64,000 nucleotides of DNA from Octopus bimaculoides (lineage: Eukaryota). Below are positions 25,606 to 37,146 of this stretch, one piece after another. The stretch spans positions 35,737,645 to 35,801,644 of the forward strand of contig NC_069003.1 in NCBI RefSeq assembly GCF_001194135.2. Direction: 5' to 3'. The notes beneath the pieces are model-generated. The model was not told the DNA's origin. It ran no database searches and was given only the letters and a program-made list of their open reading frames with translations. Position 1 is the stretch's first letter, and each line of letters opens with the position of its first letter. The position numbers and the translations under genes were made by a program.

Positions 25606-25904
25606 AGAGAGAGAGGGAGAGAGAGANNNNNNNNNNNNNNNNNNNNNNNNNNNNNNNNNNNNNNNNNNNNNNNNNNNNNNNNNNNNNNNNNNNNNNNNNN
25701 NNNNNNNNNNNNNNNNNNNNNNNNNNNNNNNNNNNNNNNNNNNNNNNNNNNNNNNNNNNNNNNNNNNNNNNNNNNNNNNNNNNNNNNNNNNNNNNNNNNN
25801 NNNNNNNNNNNNNNNNNNNNNNNNNNNNNNNNNNNNNNNNNNNNNNNNNNNNNNNNNNNNNNNNNNNNNNNNNNNNNNNNNNNNNNNNNNNNNNNNNNNN
25901 NNNN

Positions 25905-26208
25905 GTGGCATCTTGGGCAAGTGTCTCCTACTATAGCCACAGGCCAAACAAAGCCTTGTGAATAAGAAGCCCGTCGTATATATGTATGTGTATGTGTGTG
26001 CATATGTTTGTGTGTCTGTGTTTGTCCCCCTAACATCGCTTGACAACCGATGCTGGTGTGTTTACGTCCCCGTAACTTAGCGGTTCGGCAAAAGATATCG
26101 ATAGAATAAGTACTAAGCTTCCAAAGAATAAGTTCTGTGGTCGATTTGCTCGACTAAAGGCGGTGCTGCAGCATGGCCACAGTCAAATGACTGAAACAAG
26201 TAAAAGAG

Positions 26209-26210
<2 letters not shown>
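25905..26210 (+). mobile_element. tRNA-derived SINE, type B (body and 3' end; well preserved)
   Basis: cttgggcaagtgtctcctactatagcc (CORE-like motif), an internal TA/TG tract, cgcttgacaaccgatgctggtgtgtttacgtccccgtaacttagcggttcggcaaaag, and the end gactgaaacaagtaaaagagta. Confidence 0.9.
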
Positions 26211-26241
<31 letters not shown>

Positions 26242-26648
26242 TTATGCATATACATATGTATGATGCAAGTACGATTATTCATGTTCCCAAATTTTGATTC
26301 TAAACCTTGGAATATATTCATTTACCTGGCTTGCAAGTAAATAAGTATCTATAGACAATTCTTTGCCTGGTCAATGAATTTCCGTCAATTTCGTCGATGA
26401 CTATTACAAAAGTCCGACGATTTGTACCGACTAGTCATTTCATAACCGTGTATGAAATCTCTGGCATTTTCAGAATGGCACAATGCAAAACACGTCGTTA
26501 CAATTACAACACATTAATCAGAGTCCGCATTCCTGTCTCATGAAAGGGCACATCAGGATAACATTGTCAACTTATGAAATCAAAAGTCTTCCTCAGAAAA
26601 TATTAGTTTGTGTATATATGTGGGGGAGAGGTGTACATCTGTGTGTGC

Positions 26649-26685
<37 letters not shown>

Positions 26686-27626
26686 NNNNNNNNNNNNNNN
26701 NNNNNNNNNNNNNNNNNNNNNNNNNNNNNNNNNNNNNNNNNNNNNNNNNNNNNNNNNNNNNNNNNNNNNNNNNNNNNNNNNNNNNNNNNNNNNNNNNNNN
26801 NNNNNNNNNNNNNNNNNNNNNNNNNNNNNNNNNNNNNNNNNNNNNNNNNNNNNNNNNNNNNNNNNNNNNNNNNNNNNNNNNNNNNNNNNNNNNNNNNNNN
26901 NNNNNNNNNNNNNNNNNNNNNNNNNNNNNNNNNNNNNNNNNNNNNNNNNNNNNNNNNNNNNNNNNNNNNNNNNNNNNNNNNNNNNNNNNNNNNNNNNNNN
27001 NNNNNNNNNNNNNNNNNNNNNNNNNNNNNNNNNNNNNNNNNNNNNNNNNNNNNNNNNNNNNNNNNNNNNNNNNNNNNNNNNNNNNNNNNNNNNNNNNNNN
27101 NNNNNNNNNNNNNNNNNNNNNNNNNNNNNNNNNNNNNNNNNNNNNNNNNNNNNNNNNNNNNNNNNNNNNNNNNNNNNNNNNNNNNNNNNNNNNNNNNNNN
27201 NNNNNNNNNNNNNNNNNNNNNNNNNNNNNNNNNNNNNNNNNNNNNNNNNNNNNNNNNNNNNNNNNNNNNNNNNNNNNNNNNNNNNNNNNNNNNNNNNNNN
27301 NNNNNNNNNNNNNNNNNNNNNNNNNNNNNNNNNNNNNNNNNNNNNNNNNNNNNNNNNNNNNNNNNNNNNNNNNNNNNNNNNNNNNNNNNNNNNNNNNNNN
27401 NNNNNNNNNNNNNNNNNNNNNNNNNNNNNNNNNNNNNNNNNNNNNNNNNNNNNNNNNNNNNNNNNNNNNNNNNNNNNNNNNNNNNNNNNNNNNNNNNNNN
27501 NNNNNNNNNNNNNNNNNNNNNNNNNNNNNNNNNNNNNNNNNNNNNNNNNNNNNNNNNNNNNNNNNNNNNNNNNNNNNNNNNNNNNNNNNNNNNNNNNNNN
27601 NNNNNNNNNNNNNTATATATATATAC

Positions 27627-27661
<35 letters not shown>

Positions 27662-28384
27662 CATATATATATAAGTTTTACAATCCAGCCGTCCCTTAAC
27701 ACGGAATTTCGTCTATCTTTATACCATGACCCTCAAGTCATTTATATATACAAGGGAACTGTTATTGTGTATGTATATCAGAAAATGTATATAACTCGAA
27801 ACAACTCGTTTTTGTCGGTTTTTTTAATAAATAATTGTTAATGTTATGTAATATTATGTTATATTATATTCATAGTATATCATGTAATATTGTAATATAA
27901 AAAAATTATTGGATTGTCAACAGTATCTCACAATTTAATTTATCTTTATATATACATATGTTGACGTACTTTAATATAACAAGATTCAGTTGAACAAGGT
28001 ACTTAAAGTTAAGACACCTGCTTAGTTTGGGATTCATCTCAAGAAAACCGTTTATTATAACGATACAATGTTCTGATTGTTCAATTTAAAAATTGATACC
28101 TTATCATCAAGTGTTACTTACTTATACACACACACAAACACACACGCACACATAAATGTATTTATGCATGTATGTTTGCATGCAAATGTGATCCAACACA
28201 TACACGCATATATATTTATATATGTATACTTATTCATATATATATATATATTTATATATATAAACATATACATATATATATATANNNNNNNNNNNNNNNN
28301 NNNNNNNNNNNNNNNNNNNNNNNNNNNNNNNNNNNNNNNNNNNNNNNNNNNNNNNNNNNNNNNNNNNNNNNNNNNNNNNNNNNN

Positions 28385-29105
28385 TTTTTGACGATCTTAT
28401 GTACTTTGCCTCCCGGATGTCACGCAAGAACATCCAGCAAAAGTCCCGCATCATGCTCGGGTTCCACTTGCCTTGGTAGTTGCTCTCGATTATAGTAATA
28501 TATCTTGGTGGAGCCTTTCTCCATGCTCATCACTCACTGCTCCAGCTCCAGAGGGAAGAAGTTGAGGTGGGAGTGGAGAAAGTGAATTTTGAGTGACATT
28601 CGGCATCCCATGTCTTCATAAGATTGTAACAACTTCTCGATATACTCTTGGTAATCTAGTACCCGTGCGTTACCAAGGAAGCCATGACAGACTGACTTGT
28701 TTCCTATGCTCTCAGTTCCTTTAAGGTAAGAAGCTCCTCAAAGTCCTTGTCCTTCAGCACCTCTCGGATCCGAGGTCCGACGAAGATGCCCTCCTTGAGC
28801 TTAGAGGAACTCAGAGCTGGGAACAGAGTGCACAAGTGTTGGAAGGCAGCGCCATTTTTGCCCATGGCCTTCACAACATTCTTCATTAAACCAAGCTTGA
28901 TATGAAAAGGAGGAAGAAGCAACTTGTTCATGTCTACCAGAGGCTTTACTTGGACACTGTGTTCATCAGGCACGAAAGTGCTCCTAGAACCCCACTCCTA
29001 CTGCTTGTAGTGCTTGGACACAGCCCGACTGTCCCAGAGACAGAGAAAGCAACAATACTTTGTGAAGCCCGCTTGCATACCCATAAGGAGCTCAATAATC
29101 TTGTA
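28385..29105 (-). mobile_element. Chapaev3-like transposase C-terminal half
   Basis: GFTKYCCFLCLWDSR; LLLPPFHIKLGLMKNVVKAM; LKEGIFVGPRIR; GCRMSLKIHFLHSHL; NYQGKWNPSMMRDFCW. Few disruptions; runs into the gap at 28384. Confidence 0.85.
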
Positions 29106-31139
29106 AATAGACTTTACAAGATGTAAACATTAATTTTTATCTTAATGCATTAATGCCGATTCTAGTCTTTGTTCAGCCTTAATTAAATTTCCTAATAAAC
29201 GTTTGCTTGATATATATGCAACATTTCATTTTGATACCAGTAAAATATTTATAGATCATGTTAGTGCTTCATTTTTCCATTAAAGATTACTATTGACAAT
29301 ACACTGTTATTTATTGGGAAACGAATAGATTGATTCAGTGTGCTGTAACCGGACAGTATCATATCAGAGACAAGATAAAACTTTCTGGCATATCGAATTT
29401 TGTGAGAAAAGAAGCGCCGTAAATACAGTGTTTTTTGTTGTCAGAAACTACGTGCAGGTGATCTAGTTATAAGAGTAAGCAACATTTCTATTGTGACTGT
29501 TACACTTTAAAAATGTGCGGACTGTTAGGAACATTGATTGTAGTATAAGCTTTTCCTCATTATCATCTATAGTTATTATAGCATATGTTACATATTTATT
29601 ATATCATACCTTGACACTGTATGGACTAAGATCCCCCTTGACAGGCCGCTCATATTTATCGAGTGTTAAACCCTTTCGGTATGCAAATTAGGGACTCCTT
29701 CACAGAGTAACTGCTGCATTTGTTGAGTGTATAAACAGTTTGGCTGCTTATTTCTCTGGAGACTCTCAGAATGATGTGGACGCCTCTGATGAGAAACCAA
29801 TAAGGTTCAAAGATCAATTAAGGTTGTTCATCATTCTTTTTTTGTTTTAGTCTGCGGAGAAATTGCTAAAATTTGCCGTTTATTATCATACCATCTGTTA
29901 CAAACTACATACATACATATATATATATAAATATATATATATANNNNNNNNNNNNNNNNNNNNNNNNNNNNNNNNNNNNNNNNNNNNNNNNNNNNNNNNN
30001 NNNNNNNNNNNNNNNNNNNNNNNNNNNNNNNNNNNNNNNNNNNNNNNNNNNNNNNNNNNNNNNNNNNNNNNNNNNNNNNNNNNNNNNNNNNNNNNNNNNN
30101 NNNNNNNNNNNNNNNNNNNNNNNNNNNNNNNNNNNNNNNNNNNNNNNNNNNNNNNNNNNNNNNNNNNNNNNNNNNNNNNNNNNNNNNNNNNNNNNNNNNN
30201 NNNNNNNNNNNNNNNNNNNNNNNNNNNNNNNNNNNNNNNNNNNNNNNNNNNNNNNNNNNNNNNNNNNNNNNNNNNNNNNNNNNNNNNNNNNNNNNNNNNN
30301 NNNNNNNNNNNNNNNNNNNNNNNNNNNNNNNNNNNNNNNNNNNNNNNNNNNNNNNNNNNNNNNNNNNNNNNNNNNNNNNNNNNNNNNNNNNNNNNNNNNN
30401 NNNNNNNNNNNNNNNNNNNNNNNNNNNNNNNNNNNNNNNNNNNNNNNNNNNNNNNNNNNNNNNNNNNNNNNNNNNNNNNNNNNNNNNNNNNNNNNNNNNN
30501 NNNNNNNNNNNNNNNNNNNNNNNNNNNNNNNNNNNNNNNNNNNNNNNNNNNNNNNNNNNNNNNNNNNNNNNNNNNNNNNNNNNNNNNNNNNNNNNNNNNN
30601 NNNNNNNNNNNNNNNNNNNNNNNNNNNNNNNNNNNNNNNNNNNNNNNNNNNNNNNNNNNNNNTATATATATGTACACATGCATGTATGTATGTATGTATG
30701 TATGTAGTGGTTTTGTATTTAGTTTGCAAGATTCATGATGTGAATTCGTGCGTTGAAACCAATGTTTTTATATATCGGGAGATTCATTATGCCAATAATA
30801 AACACACGCACAGGTTCAATTTCACTGATTTTATTATTCGTTAATTGGTTAGTTGTTTTTTTTTTAATACTAACAAATCGATTGTTTTATTAACCATTCG
30901 GTTACTCAGTAAGTTAGTCCTTTCGACGCCATTTGTGACCTCTTCAATGACATGCCTTCTTCACTCCAGTTGAGCTTCGGGTTATATATATACATGTATT
31001 TACGACTATATTTATTAGCTAATAAGTGGCCGTCTGTCTCATTTTGTCGAAATGAAGCCGCGCTGTAATTGGACTGTACGGTACGAGTTGTGGACATCAT
31101 GGAAAAAAATGAAGAGTATCAAGTGCAGTATTTTAACTA

Positions 31140-31410
31140 AAATGTATTAGGTACTCCAATAAGATGGTTTTAAAAAACGAATTTGGTACTTTCCATGTTT
31201 CTTTTCTTAGACAATGTCCGGCTTCGTTCACACAAGTAATGGAAAAATTGAAGTTTCACAATCGTCATTGAATTCGTGTTCCCTTCTCTACTATTGATTT
31301 TTTCACATTGATTCCCGGCCTTATTTTTGTAGAGAGAGAATGGAATAATAGAATGTCTATATCTTTTTCTGAGGCACGTAAATCTCACGGTGAACTGCAA
31401 CGAATGAAAC
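31140..31410 (+). mobile_element. Possible very old Gypsy-type LTR retrotransposon RT relic
   Basis: KMVLKNEFGTFHVSFLRQCPASFTQVMEKL (31161-31250) and LRHVNLTVN loosely resemble KTAFxTxxG...MPFGLxNxPAxFQxxM and LxxxNLxVN. No YxDD motif is visible. Confidence 0.3.
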
Positions 31411-32218
31411 TGAATTATAAGGGACACAGCTCAGGCAAGCAGCATGTACAATATTTTGTTTTCAATAAGTTTCAATCGTAATCCTAGCAAAAGTGTTGGC
31501 TATTGATACATTAAATACTATCCACCTTGTGACTTGGGTCTGTAGATAGCTGAATTAGAAACTTCAGACTAAATGGTTATTTTTATTTTCTAGTTGAAAT
31601 AAATGTAATACTCAGAACTATATAATAGAAGTGAACTTCCGACGAGCCGGATTCGTTAGTTGCATTCGATTTTTGCTAAGAGTTATTTCACTTCACTTAC
31701 GCTGTTCACACTTTGACAAAGGCGTAAATGTTTCCCGCTCTAATTTTACATCGCATATAAAGTCTGATCTGTTGTGTCAATGTAAGTAATCAATATTGGG
31801 AATAAATAATAAAAGGTTCATAAGTAAATATTATGTTAGCTGCCTTTTAAAGCATATGAATATCAATATTGTAGATTTCATATTGTTTTCATTTTGTTTT
31901 GACTTGTTTATTATATTTCATTGTGAACAGTAAAAATATTTTTAAAAGATTATTCAAACAAAATAACATTTGTAGGCTGCACTCAGGAACTGAGAATCAA
32001 AAGAACATATTGTTTCCAGAAATCATTTTTAATTGAGTCGATGGAATATCTTTGATCTACGTTAGTTGAAATATCTTTGATCAGCGTTCAGATGGTCTTT
32101 CAACAGAATGTCGAAATGAACAAGTTTCAGCAGGCTCGTGCAATTGAAATAGAATAATATCTTCGTATTGTAGCTTTATATGCATTAGATAAAATATGAA
32201 TGCTCTCAATAACATTCA

Positions 32219-32264
<46 letters not shown>

Positions 32265-32285
32265 TGTGTTTGAGAGAGAGAGAGT

Positions 32286-32321
<36 letters not shown>

Positions 32322-32375
32322 CATATGTATGTATGTATGTACGTATGTATATGCATGCGTGTGTGTGTTTGTGTC

Positions 32376-32700
32376 TTTACAATTTTATTAATTGGAAGTC
32401 TTCTTAGAATGAAGGAGCTGATTTCAAAGACAAAAAGTTTCCATCATTCGAACTTGAATAGCAGCAAAAATTATAACAGGTTGAGCTTTAGAAAAGTTCT
32501 GCATGTTTTAGCTGCTTTATTTACAGATTGTATCTGTAAAGTTGGTGTTCGCTGATCTATTTCGTTGCCCGAAAATCCCACCTTTTCTAGAATGTCACAA
32601 AGGTTGTGGTGGCCAATTATTGAGGCTCTTACGAAACTCGACAGTGGTGCAACCACACATACAAGAATCCTAGAGAGGGTCTACGAAGGAACCACCCGAC
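32376..32700 (-). mobile_element. 3' end of a CATA-type R4/Dong LINE with 3' UTR
   Basis: SIIGHHNLCDILEKVGFSGNEID..TLQIQSVNKAAKTCRTFLKLNLL* parallels the 14.9-kb and 58.3-kb copies. The 3' UTR motif lies at 32411-32425 and (CATA)n follows at 32325-32352. Confidence 0.8.
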
Positions 32701-32879
32701 TGATTAGCATAAAGTCGGCCACCACCAGCGTTTCAACCACTGCTCCACATGCATGTTGTCTTCTTCCAATTCCTTTCCTACTGATACTATCATGGCGTTT
32801 GTGCTGGCTGGACTCAAGCACTCTCATCTCACACGTCTCTCTTCTTTATCATTACACTTGTTATATCTTAGCTCTTATA

Positions 32880-33092
32880 GGCGGCGAGCTGGCAGAAACG
32901 TTAGCACGCCGTGCGAAATGCTTAGCGGTATATTGTATGTCTTTACATTCTGAGTTCAAATTCCGCCAAGGTCGACTTTGCCTTTCATCCCTCCGAGGTG
33001 GATAGATTAAGTACCAGTTGCGTACTGGGGTCGATCTAATCGATTGGATCCCTCCCCATAAATTTCGGGCCTTGTACCTAGAGTAGAAAAAT
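32880..33092 (+). mobile_element. Full-length type A SINE (Meta-domain-like) with probable target-site duplication
   Basis: Head ggcggcgagctggcagaaacgttagcacgcc, B-box gagttcaaattcc, core gtcgactttgcctttcatcc...aagtaccag. Flanks atatcttagctcttatag (32863-80) and atatattagctcccatag (33093-110) match at 15 of 18 positions. Confidence 0.92.
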
Positions 33093-33739
33093 ATATATTA
33101 GCTCCCATAGCTAATGTCCATAGAGTAGAAAAATATATATTAGCTGCTCTAATGACTGCTTTCCTAGAACGTCGACTTTTTGCTTGTCTTTCTCTCAGCG
33201 ATCTCATTGATCATGGCACTATTTATTTCCCCTAGCCACGATTATGTATGAACATATACGTTTAAGCCACGTTTACTTAAATTATTAGTGCGTGTTTAGA
33301 GATGCATACTGAAAGAAGTCTTTTTATAAAGAATTATATATGCTTATACATGTAAAGAAAAATTACATTGCATTTAAAGATTTATTTATTTGGATTTATT
33401 TTCACAAGGCTTACAAAACGCAATCATCAATCATTACTAGGGTAGATTACGAAACGGTGGATGTTTTACATGAAATGTGACGAAAAACAACGAATGGAAA
33501 CAATCAGATATGGAGAATATAATATAAATAATGTTTTCTAACGTAGATGCAAGTCACAGATCTTAATAGGAAGAGGGGACATTTGATTATATAGATTTCA
33601 GTACTTATCAGGTGCTTTATTTTATCGACCCTAGAAGGATTAAAGCCAATATCGAACTCAACGGTAAATGAAGGAAAATTAATATCCTTCTATTCACTAG
33701 CACCAGTCCATCGATCATAATTCTTTTCTGAAATAGCAA

Positions 33740-33865
33740 TATTATGGGAAGGGGTTTCGCCAATTTATTTGACTCCGTAAATGAATGGTATTTTGTTTTA
33801 TAGATATCTAATGGATGAAAGGCAAAGTTAACCTCGGCAGGATTTGAACTCGGACTGTAAAGAAC
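33740..33865 (-). mobile_element. Type A SINE fragment
   Basis: ggatgaaaggcaaagttaacctcggcaggatttgaactc is the reverse complement of the type A core and B-box. Confidence 0.8.
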
Positions 33866-34868
33866 CACAAAAAATACCAAAAATGTCCTGTGATGTTTTT
33901 GTTTTTTTTTAAATATTCCAAGTTTACATCTCGTCAAGATCGACTTTGTCTTTCTTCAATATCTACTTTTAACTTAAGCACAAAACCGGCAATTTTAAAG
34001 TGATTGCTTAGTAGATCTTATCAACCACCGTATTCGACTCGAAACAATAACCTAAACAAGCCAGAACAAACGTTGTAAGGCCTTTCGTCTGATACACTAA
34101 TGATTGTCCTAAAATAATAATCATTACAATAATCATAATGCATTATAAATAAACATGAAATACCTAAACTGTGCGTGTGTTCTGTTTATAGTTACTATGA
34201 TCTGTGCTTTACCAAAGGAAAATGTTTCAGGTGAAATTCCCTGACAAGAGATTCAGTATATGATCAGATTGCAAAACTCTTACAAACAGAAATAAGAATG
34301 AGAAACTAACACAAAATTGATTGTGGGCGTATGAAGAATGATAACATTAGTAACAAAATTAATGATTCTTTAATTACATTTGTATTATGTGTATTGTAAG
34401 GGGGAATTTATAGAATACAGATTCATTTACAAGTTCTATTCAAAATATCTATGATTTCCCACGCACTCGGAAAAAATAAATGAAGCACGATAACAAAAAA
34501 AAACTATTATAGCAATGTTCTGATCAAAGAAAATGTTCACAACAATCACTTTGTGGGGATAAAAAATGTGAATTTTCAGTTATAACAAACTAGGAGTATC
34601 TCGATTAACGATCTCAAAAAAGATTGTCAAAAAGAACAGTTTTCTTTCTCTCTTTTTTTCTCCCTCATCATCATCGGTTAAACAGAAGTGGATATTATTC
34701 AATCTAAGATATAAACCGAATTTACTCCTATTTTCATATAATTTATAGCACAGTTCACTAAGTGAAAATGGGCACGTGTCTAAATGTCCTTAACTCCCTT
34801 ACAACATTTTCGTGTCAGAAAATTGTTGCTACTATTTTTGCTTTTAGCTGAATTTTATGTGTGCGTGG

Positions 34869-35266
34869 GGTGTGGGCGTGGCTATGTGGTGAGAAGCTTG
34901 CTTCCCAACCAAATAGTTCCGACTTCAGTCGCACTGAGTGGCACCTTGGGTGAGTGTCTTTTATTATAGCTTCCAGCGGACCAGAGCGTTGTGAGTGGAT
35001 TTGGTAGGCGGAAACTGAAAGAAGCCCTTCGTATTTATATATCTGTGCGTATGCTTTTGTGTCTGTTTTGTCACCCAAAACCGCTTGACAACCGGAGTTC
35101 GTGTGTTTATGTCCCTGTAAATTAGCTGTTCAGCAAAGAGACCGATAGAATAATAACCGGATTTATATTTTTTTTAAATATATACTGGGGTCAACTCATT
35201 CGGTTAAAAACCCCTCGAGTTGGTGTCTCAGCATGGCCTCAATCTAATGACTGCAACAAGTAAAAG
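34869..35266 (+). mobile_element. Full-length type B SINE
   Basis: tRNA-like head, ggcaccttgggtgagtgtctt, internal TA/TG tract, ccgcttgacaaccgg, and the end atgactgcaacaagtaaaag. Confidence 0.9.
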
Positions 35267-35290
35267 TTATATATTATATAGATTTCAAAT

Positions 35291-35447
35291 GTTGGCACAC
35301 TGTCAGCACGTTCGGGCGGGGGGGGAGGTAAATCAATTTCATCAGCCCCACTACTCCACTGGTACTTATTCTATCGACCACAAGAGGGTGAAAGATAAAG
35401 TCGACCTCAGAATGTAAACACAGATGAAATGTCGCAAAGCATTTTGT
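35291..35447 (-). mobile_element. Type A SINE (partial)
   Basis: ggtacttattctatcgacc...gaaagataaagtcgacctc is the reverse complement of the type A core. Confidence 0.8.
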
Positions 35448-35669
35448 CACAGAGTGACAAGGCTGGCCCTTTGAAATACAGGTACAACAGAAACAGGAAG
35501 AAAGAGTGAGAGAAAGCTGTGGTGAAAGAGTACATCAGGGTTCACCACGATCCCCTGCCGGAGACTCGTGGAGCTTTAGGTGCTTTCGCTCAATAAACAG
35601 TCACAACGCCCGGTTTGGGGATCGAAACCGCGAGTCCGCTACCCTAACCACTGGGCCATTACACCTCCA
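35448..35669 (-). mobile_element. tRNA-derived SINE, type C variant
   Basis: Reverse tRNA-like head (gatcgaaacc...ccctaaccactgggcca, 35610-35659). Carries the module cacagagtgacaaggctggccctttgaaatacaggtac. Confidence 0.7.
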
Positions 35670-35674
35670 CTAAA

Positions 35675-35983
35675 GGAGCACTCAGTCGGTCACGACGACG
35701 ATGGTCCCAGCTGATCCGATCAACGGAACAGCCTGCTCGTGGAATTAACGTGCAAGTGGCTGAGCACTCCACAGACACGTGTGCCCTTAAGGCAGTTCTC
35801 AGGGAGATTCAGTAGGACACAGAGTGTGACAAGGCTGACCCTTTTTAATTACAGGTACTACTCCTTTTTGCCAGCTGAGCAGACTGGAGCGGCGTGAAAT
35901 AAAGTGTCTTGCTCAAGGATACAACGCGTTGCCGGGAACTGAACCCACGAACATACGATCGTTAGCCAAATGCCCTAACCACT
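35675..35983 (-). mobile_element. tRNA-derived SINE, type C (Nin/Deu-like central motif)
   Basis: Reverse tRNA-like head (gggaactgaacccacg...ccctaaccact), aagtgtcttgctcaagga, and tactactcctttttgccagctgag. Confidence 0.85.
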
Positions 35984-36940
35984 TCCGAACAATGTGGTTT
36001 CGAAGCAAATGCCTCAGCTACAGATTAAAATAAACTTCAATGTGTTTTCTATACTTCATCTCGATTTATATATTCTCCGATGATCTGTAAGAATCATCTT
36101 TGTACTGACATAGATTACTTTTTATTAGTATTGCACTCATGAACACTCACTGAAACTCATTGATTACAAGTAATGTATTTGCCGTACTGCTATCCTGTAA
36201 ATTAAGTCCTGAAACATTTCTTTCTTTACTAAGAGAATAATTCACGGCAAGTATTTAACTTTTTTTTGTCTTTTATGTTTTACATGGCGACTTCAAAGTA
36301 TTTCCAACTGCAAACACCCAGGTGTTTCTTTTAAACTTAAACTTACGATGCGACATTTAAATCAATCATTTTAGTTTGATTGTTACTAACTGTTCGAATA
36401 CAATAAGCAATACAAAAAAAAATGTTTGAAGAGTTTTTTTGATAACTTGAAACTTTTATCTCTATATTAAACATATAAGACGTAGCTTCATGATTCGCAG
36501 TTATTTTTGCACAGAAAGATAATATATTAAAATGGACTTCTGAAGAATCTAAAATAAATAACGAATTATATAAATAAGTATATAAACAAATAAAATGGTT
36601 GTTTTCACGCCTTTGATTTTAATTTTATTCAGTGCCAATTCATTCATCAAAATATTCTGGACCAAAACTGTTTGTCGTTTTTAGAAAAGAAATGAAAGCC
36701 ATGTAAACTGAAAAGTAAAACGTCTCTACAACATAACAAGGTGGACAATTTGTTACGGCAGTACAATCAGATTTTCGTTTTGGGTAGGATACTAGTTTCG
36801 AAGTGATGTAACTCTCAGAAGAAAGGATTCGGCATGATGGTACCTCATGTTGATGAATATTGAATAGTAAAGAAATTTACGATTTTTCTGATGTCATATT
36901 TTTCACTTGTTTTTCCTCCAATAGGAAGATGTAGAATTTT

Positions 36941-36944
<4 letters not shown>

Positions 36945-37008
<64 letters not shown>

Positions 37009-37049
37009 NNNNNNNNNNNNNNNNNNNNNNNNNNNNNNNNNNNNNNNNN

Positions 37050-37130
<81 letters not shown>

Positions 37131-37146
37131 GTCTCTCTCTCTCTCT
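36945..37146. repeat. (CT)n microsatellite spanning a gap
   Basis: Directly visible. Confidence 0.97.

Noticed and set aside
25357-26240. Type B SINE region flanked by (TATG)n on both sides, suggesting mobilisation by the CATA-type LINE
   Set aside because: The repeat polarity is opposite to that of the LINE tails, the SINE lacks the LINE 3' UTR motif, and a gap separates what are two SINE copies.
29681-29688. Octamer motif ATGCAAAT
   Set aside because: A single 8-mer with no associated promoter elements or snRNA gene.
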